Shown here one piece after another: positions 9,112 through 18,921 of a stretch of 64,000 bases of DNA; positions within the stretch are counted from its first letter, which is position 1, and each line of letters opens with the position of its first letter. The stretch covers positions 1 through 64,000 of the forward strand of contig DAIMXP010000023.1 in NCBI GenBank assembly GCA_036734945.1, in the 5' to 3' direction. A program made the translations under genes and the position numbers. This DNA comes from Chloroflexota bacterium. Lineage in GTDB: Bacteria > Chloroflexota > UBA4733. The notes under the pieces are model-generated. The model made no database searches, had not been told where the DNA came from, and saw only the letters and a list, made by a program, of their open reading frames with translations.

Positions 9112-9944
9112 GCTTCGCTCTCCTTCCGATGAAAGTCCCGGCGCGGCCGGATCTGGCGACCACGAAACTCCAGGAGGAAGTTTGCCAGGTGCCGTGTCGC
9201 CGCGTCGGCCAACTGCTTACCCTTTTCCGGCGTGGCCAGCGTGGGATCGCCCTGGATGCCGGTGCTGGAGTTACGACTGAAGAACTCCTGGAAGTTGACC
9301 GGACCGCCCCTGGCCAGATCCCAGAAGATGTGCTCCGAACGCTGGACTTCGTCCATCGTCTTCACGGCCTTCGACATATCGACCAGATCGGCTTGCAGGT
9401 GCAGGATCAGCGACGTTTCCGCCTCGCATGCGTGGGAGAAGCCGCCGGGGTAGGGCGACTCCCGCCAACTGAGGTCCTCGGGATGGAGCAACGACCACCA
9501 ACTCAGCGCGGCGCAGATCGCTTCGGTCTGGTTATTGATCAGGCGTGCGGCGATGTCGATGAAGGGCGCGTTGCTGCCGTGCCCGTTGTAGAGGACGATA
9601 TGCCGGAAGCCGTGGTGGGCCAGACTGCGCCCGATGCAGGCCAGGTAGTCGATGATGGTGTGGGCGTCGATGGCGATAGTGCCGGGGTAGTCCAGGTGGT
9701 GCTCGTTGAAGGAGTAGGGCACCGGGTGCATCACCAGCGCGGGTGCGGCGCCGTCCCCGGCTTGCTCCGCCAGGCTCCGCACGGCCGCCTCGGCCATACG
9801 CCCAGCCGTGAGGTAATCGGTCATCAGCGGGAGATGGGGGCCGTGCTGCTCGGTCGTGCCGACCGGCAAGACAATCACCGGGTCATGCTGCACCGCCTCC
9901 CGCACCTGCGGCCAGCTCAGTTCCTCATAGCGATACGTCTGCAT
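9108..9944 (-). CDS. Creatininase (creatinine amidohydrolase) family protein
   Basis: The N-terminus LSWPQVREAVQHDPVIVLPVGTTEQHGPHLPLMTD matches the creatininase family metal-binding core. It overlaps the downstream aminotransferase by 4 nt. Confidence 0.75.
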   Translation of the reverse strand: MQTYRYEELSWPQVREAVQHDPVIVLPVGTTEQHGPHLPLMTDYLTAGRMAEAAVRSLAEQAGDGAAPALVMHPVPYSFNEHHLDYPGTIAIDAHTIIDYLACIGRSLAHHGFRHIVLYNGHGSNAPFIDIAARLINNQTEAICAALSWWSLLHPEDLSWRESPYPGGFSHACEAETSLILHLQADLVDMSKAVKTMDEVQRSEHIFWDLARGGPVNFQEFFSRNSSTGIQGDPTLATPEKGKQLADAATRHLANFLLEFRGRQIRPRRDFHRKESEA

Positions 9945-10320
9945 CTGCTGCTCCTGTCCTCCAGTGCGCCGGCTCTTCGCCCCGATACGGTTTCGGCCCG
10001 CGACTGCGGTCGCGGGTAGGCTTATCTAAACTGTATTGCTCTTCGCCTTTCCAGCATATGCTACTCTGCCGGACGGCGGCGCGCATCTTGACATTCCCGG
10101 CTACAGGACTGACCAGGGTCCGCCCGCGCTTTCTTACCCTGCCCGTGCGATCGCGGCGGGCGTTCCATCACGATGGCAACAGGAGCCGTGGCAGCTTTTG
10201 GCAGTTTGGCGGCGCACTTTGATAGCTGCCGTACCGGACGCTTCACACGAACGGCGAGCGGTATAGGTGCGGAGCGATAACGGATCACCCGCACCTTGAT
10301 GATCTCAGGAGGTGACACGG

Positions 10321-10761
10321 ATGCGAATGCAACGCTCGATGCTGGTCATGCTCATCGGCACGGTTGTGCTCTTGCTGGCGGGGGTTCTTGTCGCCCTCGT
10401 CACTGCCCACCGAACGCCGACAACGTTTCCGGCCGGCAGCCCGCAAGCCACCGTCGCCACCTACCTCCGTCTGCTACAGGATGGGCAGGTTGACGACGCC
10501 TACGCCATGGCGGCATTCGATCAGCCCACAATGACCCGTGAGCGCTATCACCAGGCGTTCGATCACTGGAACCAGCAGCCGCATCGCGTGACGCTGCTGC
10601 GCACCACGGTCACGACCGACCAGGCGACGGTCACCGTGGAGATCTCGACCTTCACGTCCACCTTGCTGGGAGCAGGCGATCACTCGTCCCAACAGACGTT
10701 CACCCTCTTGCTCCGGCAGGGGCATTGGCTGGTCACGGGGCCACCCTACCTCTTTGGGTGA
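10321..10761 (+). CDS. Hypothetical membrane-anchored protein
   Basis: ATG 8 nt after an AGGAGG RBS. It has an N-terminal hydrophobic helix followed by a soluble domain. Confidence 0.35.
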   Translation: MRMQRSMLVMLIGTVVLLLAGVLVALVTAHRTPTTFPAGSPQATVATYLRLLQDGQVDDAYAMAAFDQPTMTRERYHQAFDHWNQQPHRVTLLRTTVTTDQATVTVEISTFTSTLLGAGDHSSQQTFTLLLRQGHWLVTGPPYLFG

Positions 10762-10803
10762 CGCCCTTGGGGACGCAGGTAGCGATGACAGGGGAGGAAG
10801 CAC

Positions 10804-12567
10804 ATGACAACCACACGACGCACCTACACCTATCTGCTGGCCCTGGCCGGGCTGTTGGTGACCATCTCCGCTGCCGCCGGTCTGCTGGCACTGGTTGTCT
10901 CTACCCTCGTGCTCCACTCTAGCACGTTGCTCGGCGATGAGCGCAGCGTTGCCAGCTCCTATCTGGCCGAACTGGTCGTCGGCTTGCCGGTATGGCTCGG
11001 GCACTGGCTCGTAGCCGAGCGCAGCCTCGCCCGAAACCCGGAGGAGCGAGATGCAAGCCAGCGACGCCTTTACCTGGCCGCCGTCTTCGCCGTCAGCGCG
11101 GTGGTGGCGCTGTTCGCCCTGCACACGCTCCTGCGCGTCATCCTCACCTTGCCTGGCGCAGACGCCCGTCAACCGTTGATCGCCACCGGCATCAGCGCCG
11201 CCGCGCGTTTGCTCATATTCGGCGGAGCCTGGGCTGTCCATACCCCTGTTGACCACCAGCGCTTTGCAAGTCGGAACAGCACAGCCGGCGTGGACGATGC
11301 CCATGACCTGGCCGTGTACGTGCTGACGGGCACGGCGCTGGTCTTCTTGCTCATCGGCCTGGACCAGGCCATTCGCCAGATCGTTGGGGACCTGCTGTCC
11401 GCCGGGCAGACGGAACTCCTCGTCGTTGCCGGGCAGAACCTCTGGACTATTTGGGGCGCGATCGCCGCCTGGGTGCTGGCCGGCGGCACGATCTGGGCAC
11501 TCGTGTGGCAGTACGACCTGGCGCGCGGCGGGCGGCGACTGCTGCGGGTCATCTACCTGTACCTCGTGCTGCTTATCGCCGTGCCAACCACGATCGGGAC
11601 GGGCGTGGATGGACTCTACGAACTGCTGCGCCGCCTCTTCGGCTATCAACCGTTGGAAGCCACCTGGGCATTCCTGGGCAGCGTGCTCCCGCCCTTACTG
11701 GTCGCCGCCGGTACGTGGGCCTACCACTGGTTGACGGTGCGACAGCAGGCACGCTACGTCAGCGATGTTCCCGCGGCGCCGGCAGCGGAGGGCGAGCCAG
11801 CAGCGCCTGAGCGTGGTGTTTCCGGCATTGCCTGGCCGCGCCGCCCGGGACTGGCGCTGCTGGCCTTATTGGGGCTGGGCGTCAGTGCATCCGCCTTCGT
11901 CGCCGTACTGTGGCTCGGTCTGGACGCCCTGATTAACAGTGCCCCTTCGTTATCGGGGTCCGATTGGTGGCGCGATCGCCTGAGCGTGAGCCTCGCGGCT
12001 GGGGCGGTCGGGGCGGTTGCCTGGTTCAGTGGCTGGTGGCGCTTGCAGCGCGCGGCTACGCTGGTTCGTCAGGAGCGCGGAGCGCAGGAACGCCGGTTGC
12101 TGCTGGGGTTCATCGCCGTCGTAGGGACGCTCTTCGCCTTCGGCTTCCTGATCGCCTTACTCTGGTTCGCTTTCCGAGCGCTCCTCGGCGTGCCCGTCGG
12201 AGCGCACGGCTTGAGCACGGCGCTGAAGGAGTTCAGCGCCGCCCTCGTTGCCCTGCTACTGGCAGCCTACCACGGGCTGATCTTGCGCACCGACAGCAGC
12301 ATAGAACCCGGGCCTCCCATTCCTCAGCGGATCCGAGTACTGGTTTCCCCCGGCGCTGAGGCAATGCTGGCAGCGTTACGGCAGGATTCCAGTCTGCAGA
12401 TCGAAGTGGCCGGATGGCTGCTTGATGACGTGCGGGTAGCACAGCGCGACCTACCCGCGCTGCTTGCGCGACTCACAACCGCGGGCCCCTCGCAGGAGGG
12501 TACGCAGACGTTACTGGTGCTCGGTCCAGATGGTCCGACAATCTACCGCTACCGCAGCGAACGTTAG
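10804..12567 (+). CDS. Polytopic membrane protein of unknown function
   Basis: 587 aa with many hydrophobic segments. A GGGGAGGAAG RBS lies upstream. Confidence 0.5.
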   Translation: MTTTRRTYTYLLALAGLLVTISAAAGLLALVVSTLVLHSSTLLGDERSVASSYLAELVVGLPVWLGHWLVAERSLARNPEERDASQRRLYLAAVFAVSAVVALFALHTLLRVILTLPGADARQPLIATGISAAARLLIFGGAWAVHTPVDHQRFASRNSTAGVDDAHDLAVYVLTGTALVFLLIGLDQAIRQIVGDLLSAGQTELLVVAGQNLWTIWGAIAAWVLAGGTIWALVWQYDLARGGRRLLRVIYLYLVLLIAVPTTIGTGVDGLYELLRRLFGYQPLEATWAFLGSVLPPLLVAAGTWAYHWLTVRQQARYVSDVPAAPAAEGEPAAPERGVSGIAWPRRPGLALLALLGLGVSASAFVAVLWLGLDALINSAPSLSGSDWWRDRLSVSLAAGAVGAVAWFSGWWRLQRAATLVRQERGAQERRLLLGFIAVVGTLFAFGFLIALLWFAFRALLGVPVGAHGLSTALKEFSAALVALLLAAYHGLILRTDSSIEPGPPIPQRIRVLVSPGAEAMLAALRQDSSLQIEVAGWLLDDVRVAQRDLPALLARLTTAGPSQEGTQTLLVLGPDGPTIYRYRSER

Positions 12568-12772
12568 GCGGACGCCCGCCCTTTATGAAGGTTGACGAAT
12601 AAAACGGGGATTGTAGGCGCGTCCGTAGGGGCAGGTCCCCGTGCCTGCCCTGGCTCGGGCACAACCACCGATCACTTTGTGCAGCCGGACCAGGGCAGGC
12701 ACGGGGACCTGCCCCTACAGCTCTATCCGAATCCCGGATCTGTTTGTCATACTTCATTAAGGGCGGGCGTCG
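12567..12772. repeat. Long nested palindromic element (inner perfect 29-bp arms GTAGGGGCAGGTCCCCGTGCCTGCCCTGG; outer arms GGACGCCCGCCCTTTATGAAGG / CTTCATTAAGGGCGGGCGTC)
   Basis: Inner and outer inverted repeats were read from the sequence. The element sits immediately after the stop of the 10804-12567 gene. Confidence 0.6.
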
Positions 12773-12867
12773 GGCTGCGTCAACTGGACGTGCGGCACGC
12801 GCCCCGTCGCATGCCGCAAGCACGAGTTTGACTGAACGAGAAACGTGCGGGAAGCGGTGAACGCCGC

Positions 12868-13056
12868 CTAGGCCTGCTCGCTCCGGGCCGTGTGCGTCTG
12901 ACGAACCGGCAGTTCGGCGATCGCCACGTAGGAATCGGAATTGGGGCTACCGGGCAGGATGCCCTGGCCGTGGATATAGACGATGTGGCCGGAGTGGACT
13001 TCCTGGTAGGAACCTGAGGGGGCGCGGTGTCCACCGGCAAGGCGTAATGGTCGCAT
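12868..13056 (-). CDS. Small hypothetical protein (62 aa)
   Basis: A good RBS (AAAGGA) sits 7 nt upstream of the ATG. There is no recognisable domain. Confidence 0.25.
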   Translation of the reverse strand: MRPLRLAGGHRAPSGSYQEVHSGHIVYIHGQGILPGSPNSDSYVAIAELPVRQTHTARSEQA

Positions 13057-13314
13057 GAGGTGATCCTTTCTTCGTCATTGAAGCGCGAACGACATTGCTC
13101 GCCATCCTGAGAGATCACGCCGGTGAAGCGAGCGGACTATACTGCGACCGCCATTGGTCGCAGCGGAAGCACACCCTCCACAGACGCGGCTCGGCAAACG
13201 GACGGGGCCGTTTGCGTTACAAGTTGAGCATACCACCCGCTCGCGGTCCTGTAGAATGAAGGCCCGAAAATCTTATGAAATCTACACAGAACGGCTACCA
13301 CGAATGCTGCCGCA

Positions 13315-13656
13315 ATGCTGAATAGTCCTGACGCCAACGAGCCTACCGCGATCGTCTTGCAGAGCGGGCAGAAGCTGGTCGAGATCAGCTGGGCGGACGG
13401 CCACCAGAGCGCCTACCCGTTTGCGCAACTGCGCTGGGCCTGTCCTTGCGCGCACTGCCAGGGCGAGATGGGCAGGCCCGGCGTGTTGGCGAGTACCAGT
13501 ACACTGACGGTCGCTGAGCAGCAACTCGTTGACCTGCAACTGGTAGGCCGCTACGCCCTGCAACCGCGCTGGGCCGATGGCCACGAGACGGGGATCTACG
13601 CCTTTGAAGACTTGCGGGCAATCTGCCCCTGTACACAATGTGCGCGGTCGCGGTAG
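13315..13656 (+). CDS. DUF971 family protein (gamma-butyrobetaine hydroxylase-like N-terminal domain)
   Basis: Two CPCAHC / CPCTQC cysteine pairs with WADGH spacing, at about 113 aa. Confidence 0.6.
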   Translation: MLNSPDANEPTAIVLQSGQKLVEISWADGHQSAYPFAQLRWACPCAHCQGEMGRPGVLASTSTLTVAEQQLVDLQLVGRYALQPRWADGHETGIYAFEDLRAICPCTQCARSR

Positions 13657-13695
13657 GTTGGCGCAGCAACGCCTGGGTGCGCGCTTCGCTTGAGT

Positions 13696-14595
13696 CTACG
13701 CCTGGCTCGACCCGATTTCGTGCCCGGCCATTCCTTCCAGCACGGTGAGCAGCGCCGAGTGATCCAGGTCGCCTTTGCCGGCCACCGCCAGCGCCTGGAA
13801 GAGTTGGCTGACCAGCGCGGTGCTGGGCAACGGCACGCCATAGGCGTGGCCGGCAGCCAGGGCGATGCCGAGGTCTTTCTGGTGCAGGCGCACCTTGAAT
13901 CCGGGGGCGAAGGAGTGCTGCAGGAAGTTCGGTCCGCGCAGTTCCATGACACGGTTGCTCGCCAGGCCGCCGCCCAGCACCTGCAAAATCTTCGCCGGAT
14001 CCACACCGGCCTTTGAGCCAAGCACGAGCGCTTCGCTCACGGCCTCGATGGTCAGGGCCACGACCACCTGGTTGCAGGCTTTGACGACCTGACCTGCGCC
14101 GCTATCGCCAACCCGCACGATGGTCTTGCCCATTGCCGCGAAGATCGGCTGCATCCGCTCGAACGTCGCCTCATCGCCGCCCACCATGATCGAGAGCGTG
14201 CCGGCGATGGCCCCCTTGTCACCCCCGCTGACCGGGGCGTCAAGCATCGTCACGCCCTGTGTTGCAGCCTGCTCTGCCAGGCGCTGCGCCACCACCGGTG
14301 AGATGGTACTCATATCAATCAGCACCAACCCGGCCTGCGCCCCCGCCAGCACGCCATCAGGACCTTCAACCACTGCCGCCACATCCGGCGAATCCGGCAG
14401 CATCGTGATGACGATGCTGCTCTGTTGCGCCACCTCGCGCGGGTTGCCGGCCGCCCGCGCGCCCTCAGCGACGAGTTCGTCCACCGCACCCCGACTGCGG
14501 TTATGGACGACAAGCGCGTGCCCGGCTTGCATGAGGTTGCGAGCCATGGGCTTGCCCATGATGCCGAGACCGATAAAGCCGATTGTTTCTGCCAA
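13696..14595 (-). CDS. NAD(P)-dependent oxidoreductase, 3-hydroxyisobutyrate dehydrogenase / 2-hydroxy-3-oxopropionate reductase family
   Basis: N-terminal IGFIGLGIMGKPMARNL Rossmann motif at about 299 aa. Confidence 0.75.
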   Translation of the reverse strand: MAETIGFIGLGIMGKPMARNLMQAGHALVVHNRSRGAVDELVAEGARAAGNPREVAQQSSIVITMLPDSPDVAAVVEGPDGVLAGAQAGLVLIDMSTISPVVAQRLAEQAATQGVTMLDAPVSGGDKGAIAGTLSIMVGGDEATFERMQPIFAAMGKTIVRVGDSGAGQVVKACNQVVVALTIEAVSEALVLGSKAGVDPAKILQVLGGGLASNRVMELRGPNFLQHSFAPGFKVRLHQKDLGIALAAGHAYGVPLPSTALVSQLFQALAVAGKGDLDHSALLTVLEGMAGHEIGSSQA

Positions 14596-14730
14596 GGTTC
14601 TCTCTGCCCTTCCGCTACTGCCCGATTGTAGCGTGCCGCGGCATCCTCTTGGCGTTGGCTAGCCTGGTGGGCAGTGTGGATCAACCCGGCCGCCCGGGGC
14701 GCTGCCGCGTGGCGTTTGGAATGGTAATCG

Positions 14731-15621
14731 TCAGACAGCGGCGCGCCTCAGCGGGCACGCCAGCAGCGTGAACGGGTCGGCGGTGCTGCCGGGCCAGCAT
14801 TCCGGCCACCGGAGCACGCGAGCCGTCGCTGTCTCTAGCACGGTCCGCACGTAGCCTTCCCGCGCCCCGCCGCGCAACGCCAACATCGCCTGCCACGCGG
14901 GCCACGCCTCGTCGCTTTCCGGCGCAATGTCCGTTGGCAGAAAGAGGTGAACCAGCCAGGGATCGGCCAGAATAATGGCAGCGCTGTCCCGCGGTTGCCA
15001 GGCTCCCGTCCCCTCCGCTTCGGGCAGGCTCCAACGGCCGGCCAGGTGGGCCCGCGCCCAGCAGAAGGCCGCAGGGTACTGGCGGCCGGCGATATGCCGC
15101 GTATGTAGCCATGGGCGCGAGCCCGGTGGTAACGGCAGGCCGAGCGGGGCCGCGCCCGTCAGCGCCTCCGGCGGGACTGCCAGGTCGAGGTCCAGGTAGG
15201 TGACGCCTTGCTGGAATCCGGTCGCCATGTAGAGTGCGGCAGCAATGTCGTCCTCGGGCACGGTCTCCAGGCGGCTGCCGCCTGCGGCGCGCGTGATGCG
15301 CTTGGCCTCCTCCACCAGTGCGCGACCCACCCCTCGCCTGCGGCGGTCAGCGCGCACTTCCAGCGTCTCCAGGTAGCCGTAGCGGCCCAGGGGCGGCGCT
15401 TCCTGGCAGAGCAACAGTTCAAGGTGGCCGATCACGGCGTCGCCTTCCACGGCCACCAGCACCTCACCCCCGGCAGCCTTGACGACAGCAAAATAGAACT
15501 CGGCCCGCTCGGGGTCGCCTTGAGCATGGAAGAAGCTGTCGAAGCGATACATGGTGGTGATCGCCGAGATATCCGCGGGAGTTGCCGAGCGAATTGCGAA
15601 ATTGGGTTTTCGTGTGGGCAC
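14731..15621 (-). CDS. GNAT family N-acetyltransferase with an uncharacterised C-terminal extension
   Basis: Acetyl-CoA binding motif RRRGVGRALVEEAKRITRAAG in the N-terminal half. Confidence 0.65.
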   Translation of the reverse strand: MPTRKPNFAIRSATPADISAITTMYRFDSFFHAQGDPERAEFYFAVVKAAGGEVLVAVEGDAVIGHLELLLCQEAPPLGRYGYLETLEVRADRRRRGVGRALVEEAKRITRAAGGSRLETVPEDDIAAALYMATGFQQGVTYLDLDLAVPPEALTGAAPLGLPLPPGSRPWLHTRHIAGRQYPAAFCWARAHLAGRWSLPEAEGTGAWQPRDSAAIILADPWLVHLFLPTDIAPESDEAWPAWQAMLALRGGAREGYVRTVLETATARVLRWPECWPGSTADPFTLLACPLRRAAV

Positions 15622-15675
15622 TGGTCGTCGCCCTCCCCCGTCTGGATACGCCGGATCCAGTTCGTGCGTTGGTGG

Positions 15676-15849
15676 CCGGCGACTGAAGTCGCGCCTAACG
15701 CTGCGAAGCCCGCCTTCGCGGGCTGACCTAAACTGAAGCCACGATGGGATCTACATGGTGCGCGCTCGGGGCCTGCGGGTTTCATCGTGGCTTGAGTTTA
15801 GTCCGCGAAGGCGGACTTCGCTATGGTAGCCGCAACTTCAGTCGCCAGG
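15676..15849. repeat. Family-A MITE-like palindromic element, copy 2
   Basis: Terminal inverted repeats GGCGACTGAAGTCGCGCCTAAC / TAGCCGCAACTTCAGTCGCC. Internal palindromes GCGAAGCCCGCCTTCGCGGGCTGACCTA and TAGTCCGCGAAGGCGGACTTCGC. Confidence 0.7.
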
Positions 15850-15935
15850 CGTCTGCCACACTGCACGACCACGTGCGCTATCATTGCCCGGCTTATTGGG
15901 ATGATCGTTTCAGCACATCGGAATGGAGCGCAGCC

Positions 15936-17177
15936 GTGAAGATCAGCAAGGTGGAAACGACGGTCGTCGCGGTCCCCGACCCGCCCTTACGTAACGTCAA
16001 TGGGGTGCATGAACCGTATGCTGTGCGCGTCATCCTCCAGATACACACCAACGAGGGCGTGACGGGGCTGGGCGAGATGCCCGGCGGCACGCGCTTCAAG
16101 GAGGAGCTGGACGCTGCGGCGGCCAAGATCATCGGTCTCAACCCCGATCACACTGAATGGCTCCGCCAACTCTTCCCCGACTCGCCGCGCCTCTGGTCGG
16201 CCTTCGAGGCGCCCTGCCTGGATGCCGTGGGCAAGGCAACTGACCGCTCCGTTTCCGATCTGCTCGGCGGCGCGGTGCGCGAACGCGTCGCCTTCTCGGC
16301 CTACCTCTTCTACAAGTTCGCCACGCCGGACGGCTGGTTGGAGACGCCAGCCGGGACGCCGCAAGCGTGGGGCGATGTCGGCATGTACGGCTGGACGCCG
16401 GAAGTGCTCACGCCGGAAGCGATGGTGGAGGAGACGGCGGAGTTCGTGCGCCGCTACGGCTTCCGCTCCCTTAAGCTCAAGGCCGGGCCGCTGCCCCCCG
16501 ATGAGGAAGTACGCACTCTCCGGCTGATCCGCGAGCGCTTTGGCCCCGACTTCCCGCTGCGCATTGACCCGAATGCCGGCTGGTCGGTGGAGACGGCGCT
16601 GCGCTTGCTGCCCCAACTGGAAGAGATCGGCCTGGAATACTACGAGGACCCCGTGCGCGGCATGGACGCCATGGCGGAAGTGGGCCGCCACACGGAGATC
16701 CCCATGGCGACGAATATGTGCCTGGTCGGCTTCAAGCAGTTCCCCGAAGGCGTCGCCAAGGATGCCGTGCAGGTGGTGCTGGCTGACCATCATGGTTGGG
16801 GCGGGTTGTGGGCGATGAAGCAGTGTGGGCAAATCTGCCGCATCTTCGGCATGGGCACATCGCAGCACTCTAACTCCCACCTGGGTATCTCGATGGCGGC
16901 CATGATCCACGCCGGCGCCACGGTGCCCAGCCTGACCTACGCCAGCGACACCCACTACCCCTGGCAACAGGGCTGGGACATCGTGAACGAGACCTTCACC
17001 TTCAGCGACGGCTCCCTCCCGATTCCGCCCGGTCCGGGCCTCGGCGTCACCCTCAACCAGGAGCGCCTGGGCCGCCTGGCCGAGATCGCCGCCGCCCGCC
17101 CCTCCGAACGCCGCGACGACCTCAGCACGATGCGCCGCTGGTTCCCGGCGTGGGAGGCGAAACGGGAGCGGTGGTGA
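15936..17177 (+). CDS. Enolase-superfamily enzyme, glucarate dehydratase-like
   Basis: GTG start after a GGAG RBS. KISKVETTVVAVPD, FKLKGG-like LKLKAGP and ATNM motifs align with E. coli GudD. The longer ORF start at 15744 lies inside the repeat element. Confidence 0.7.
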   Translation: MKISKVETTVVAVPDPPLRNVNGVHEPYAVRVILQIHTNEGVTGLGEMPGGTRFKEELDAAAAKIIGLNPDHTEWLRQLFPDSPRLWSAFEAPCLDAVGKATDRSVSDLLGGAVRERVAFSAYLFYKFATPDGWLETPAGTPQAWGDVGMYGWTPEVLTPEAMVEETAEFVRRYGFRSLKLKAGPLPPDEEVRTLRLIRERFGPDFPLRIDPNAGWSVETALRLLPQLEEIGLEYYEDPVRGMDAMAEVGRHTEIPMATNMCLVGFKQFPEGVAKDAVQVVLADHHGWGGLWAMKQCGQICRIFGMGTSQHSNSHLGISMAAMIHAGATVPSLTYASDTHYPWQQGWDIVNETFTFSDGSLPIPPGPGLGVTLNQERLGRLAEIAAARPSERRDDLSTMRRWFPAWEAKRERW

Positions 17178-17248
17178 GAGATCGTCTACGTCGTCAATAC
17201 GACGCAAGTCGGGCCCGCTGCATTCGGACTCTAGTGCTGCTATCCCAA

Positions 17249-17782
17249 CTAGGTGACGGCCCAAGGGGGCGGATAGCGGCCATTGAGAATCAACTGGTGA
17301 CGCGCTCCCAGTGGGCCGTCCAGATCAGCGTGGTTAAAGCCCAGGGCCCGTTCTGTTGCCTGACCGACCGGCGTCTTGCCGACAAGGTGAAGGTGCATGT
17401 TCGCGAACGTAAAGTGCTCGGACCAGGCATCAAGACGCGGATCGAACAGGCGTACCCTTCGCCCCCAGAGCCGAAGGCTGACGCGGTCTCGCTTTCGTGA
17501 GTTGCAAAACGCGCAAGACCAGGCATAGTTATCGAGATGATCCGGCCCGTGCCGTCCAGGAGTCGGCAGGACGGGGTCGAGGTATCCTTCCATGTACTGC
17601 TTCCAGCGTGTTCCTGGAATGATATGGTCAAGCTGGAACTGACCGATCGCCGGAGCCAGGCAGTATTCACAGCACTCCCGAGCGCGACTGCGCACGATCA
17701 GCCGAACCAAGGCATCGCGGGGATCATGACGGTCACGACCGGCCAACTCCTGCAGAAGGGCATGAAAAGGTGAGGCAGTCAC
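17249..17782 (-). CDS. HNH endonuclease
   Basis: CEYC...LDHIIP...HLDNYAWSCAFCNSRK HNH motif. Confidence 0.7.
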   Translation of the reverse strand: MTASPFHALLQELAGRDRHDPRDALVRLIVRSRARECCEYCLAPAIGQFQLDHIIPGTRWKQYMEGYLDPVLPTPGRHGPDHLDNYAWSCAFCNSRKRDRVSLRLWGRRVRLFDPRLDAWSEHFTFANMHLHLVGKTPVGQATERALGFNHADLDGPLGARHQLILNGRYPPPWAVT

Positions 17783-18417
17783 CGAGAAGGCGAGGGAGTC
17801 TTCGCGGCTCGTTTCCTCTTGGCTGAGGTGATGAGCGCGCGTTTTTGCCTGGGATCCTCCTCAATCGCCCGCCACGTTTCCAGCGCCTGTTCAAATGTCG
17901 CTTTAATATACCGCCGGGCATCTTCTTCGGACATGTTGTGCGTCAAGGCATACTCACGTACGCTCCGCTCGTGCATAAGATGCCCGTTCTCGGCTACCAG
18001 TGCCTCAATCTCGGCAGTTTCCGCCTTCGTGATGGTCCCGTCGTCCTGTCGATCAAACAGATCATCAAGACGCCGGCTCTTCTCCGGGCTGAGCAGCGGC
18101 TCCGGTTCGGGCAGATCCAGCAACACCGGCCAAGCTTGCACGGAGAACAGGTCGTCGAGCCCGATACCCAACACCGCGGCGGTGGCGGCGGCGGCGGCGA
18201 GGTCGGTGCGCTCCACGGGTGCTGCCTGCATCAGTTCCCGGAGCGTTCCGGGATCGACCGTTATGCCGTAGCGTTCCTCAATCTGGCGTCCCAGGTCATC
18301 GACGCTGAGGCGCCGCTCCTCCAGGATGGCCGACAATCGGGGATACACAGCGACACTCATCACTTGCCCTCTCTTCCGTGGTGACGACACCAGTATACGC
18401 CCTCGCGATCGTACCAA
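17779..18417 (-). CDS. Hypothetical protein, possibly HTH-containing and a partner of the HNH nuclease
   Basis: Overlaps the HNH gene by 4 nt. The N-terminal segment LSAILEERRLSVDDLGRQIEERYG is HTH-like. The true start may be the internal MSVAVYP. Confidence 0.4.
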   Translation of the reverse strand: MVRSRGRILVSSPRKRGQVMSVAVYPRLSAILEERRLSVDDLGRQIEERYGITVDPGTLRELMQAAPVERTDLAAAAATAAVLGIGLDDLFSVQAWPVLLDLPEPEPLLSPEKSRRLDDLFDRQDDGTITKAETAEIEALVAENGHLMHERSVREYALTHNMSEEDARRYIKATFEQALETWRAIEEDPRQKRALITSAKRKRAAKTPSPSR

Positions 18418-18589
18418 TGTTCATACAGGCGCCGATTCGCTCGCCTGGACGGCTCCGCCGCGCCGGGCGGTCAGCGCCGCTGCCAAATAGGCGCGTGCTC
18501 CTGCGTCCAGTCGCTCGCGGGGCAGCGTCGCCAAAGGCTGCAGACGGAATGGCTGCTGTTCAGAGGCGTTGGGCAAGAGCGTTGCGACG

Positions 18590-18835
18590 TCATAGGCGAC
18601 CGCCGGGCAAGATATGCAGGCCGTCGTTATCCTCCATCGTGAGCACCGCGTCGTCTCGCAGGACGACGGCTCGCAGGGAGGTGACGTACTCCAACGGCGG
18701 CAGTTCCTTCGTGAGATAGGCCGTGATATCCAGCGGCCAGCGCTCTTCGCCTTCTTTGCCCCAGACGACCGATCCCCGCGCCATCGGGACCTGCCGGGCG
18801 AGGTAGGCGGCCAGAGCGGGTTCCGACGTCTCCAA
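18590..18835 (-). pseudogene. NUDIX hydrolase N-terminal remnant
   Basis: 81 aa ending ...AVVLRDDAVLTMEDNDGLHILPGGRL then a stop. No NUDIX box follows in any frame. Confidence 0.2.
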
Positions 18836-18921
18836 GATTTCCCTCCAGCGTTTATTCGATCACCAAGGTCCAGAGTTGGGGTGATGCTGGGCGTTCAGCA
18901 CCCACAGCCACACAAATATTG

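Noticed and set aside
15744-15935. Upstream extension of the glucarate-dehydratase-like ORF to the ATG at 15744
   Set aside because: The extension lies inside the family-A repeat and encodes non-conserved sequence. A GTG at 15936 with a GGAG RBS gives the canonical enolase-superfamily N-terminus.
18590-18835. Intact NUDIX hydrolase gene
   Set aside because: The ORF stops right after the GG of the expected NUDIX loop, and no NUDIX box (GX5EX7REUXEEXGU) is found in any downstream frame.
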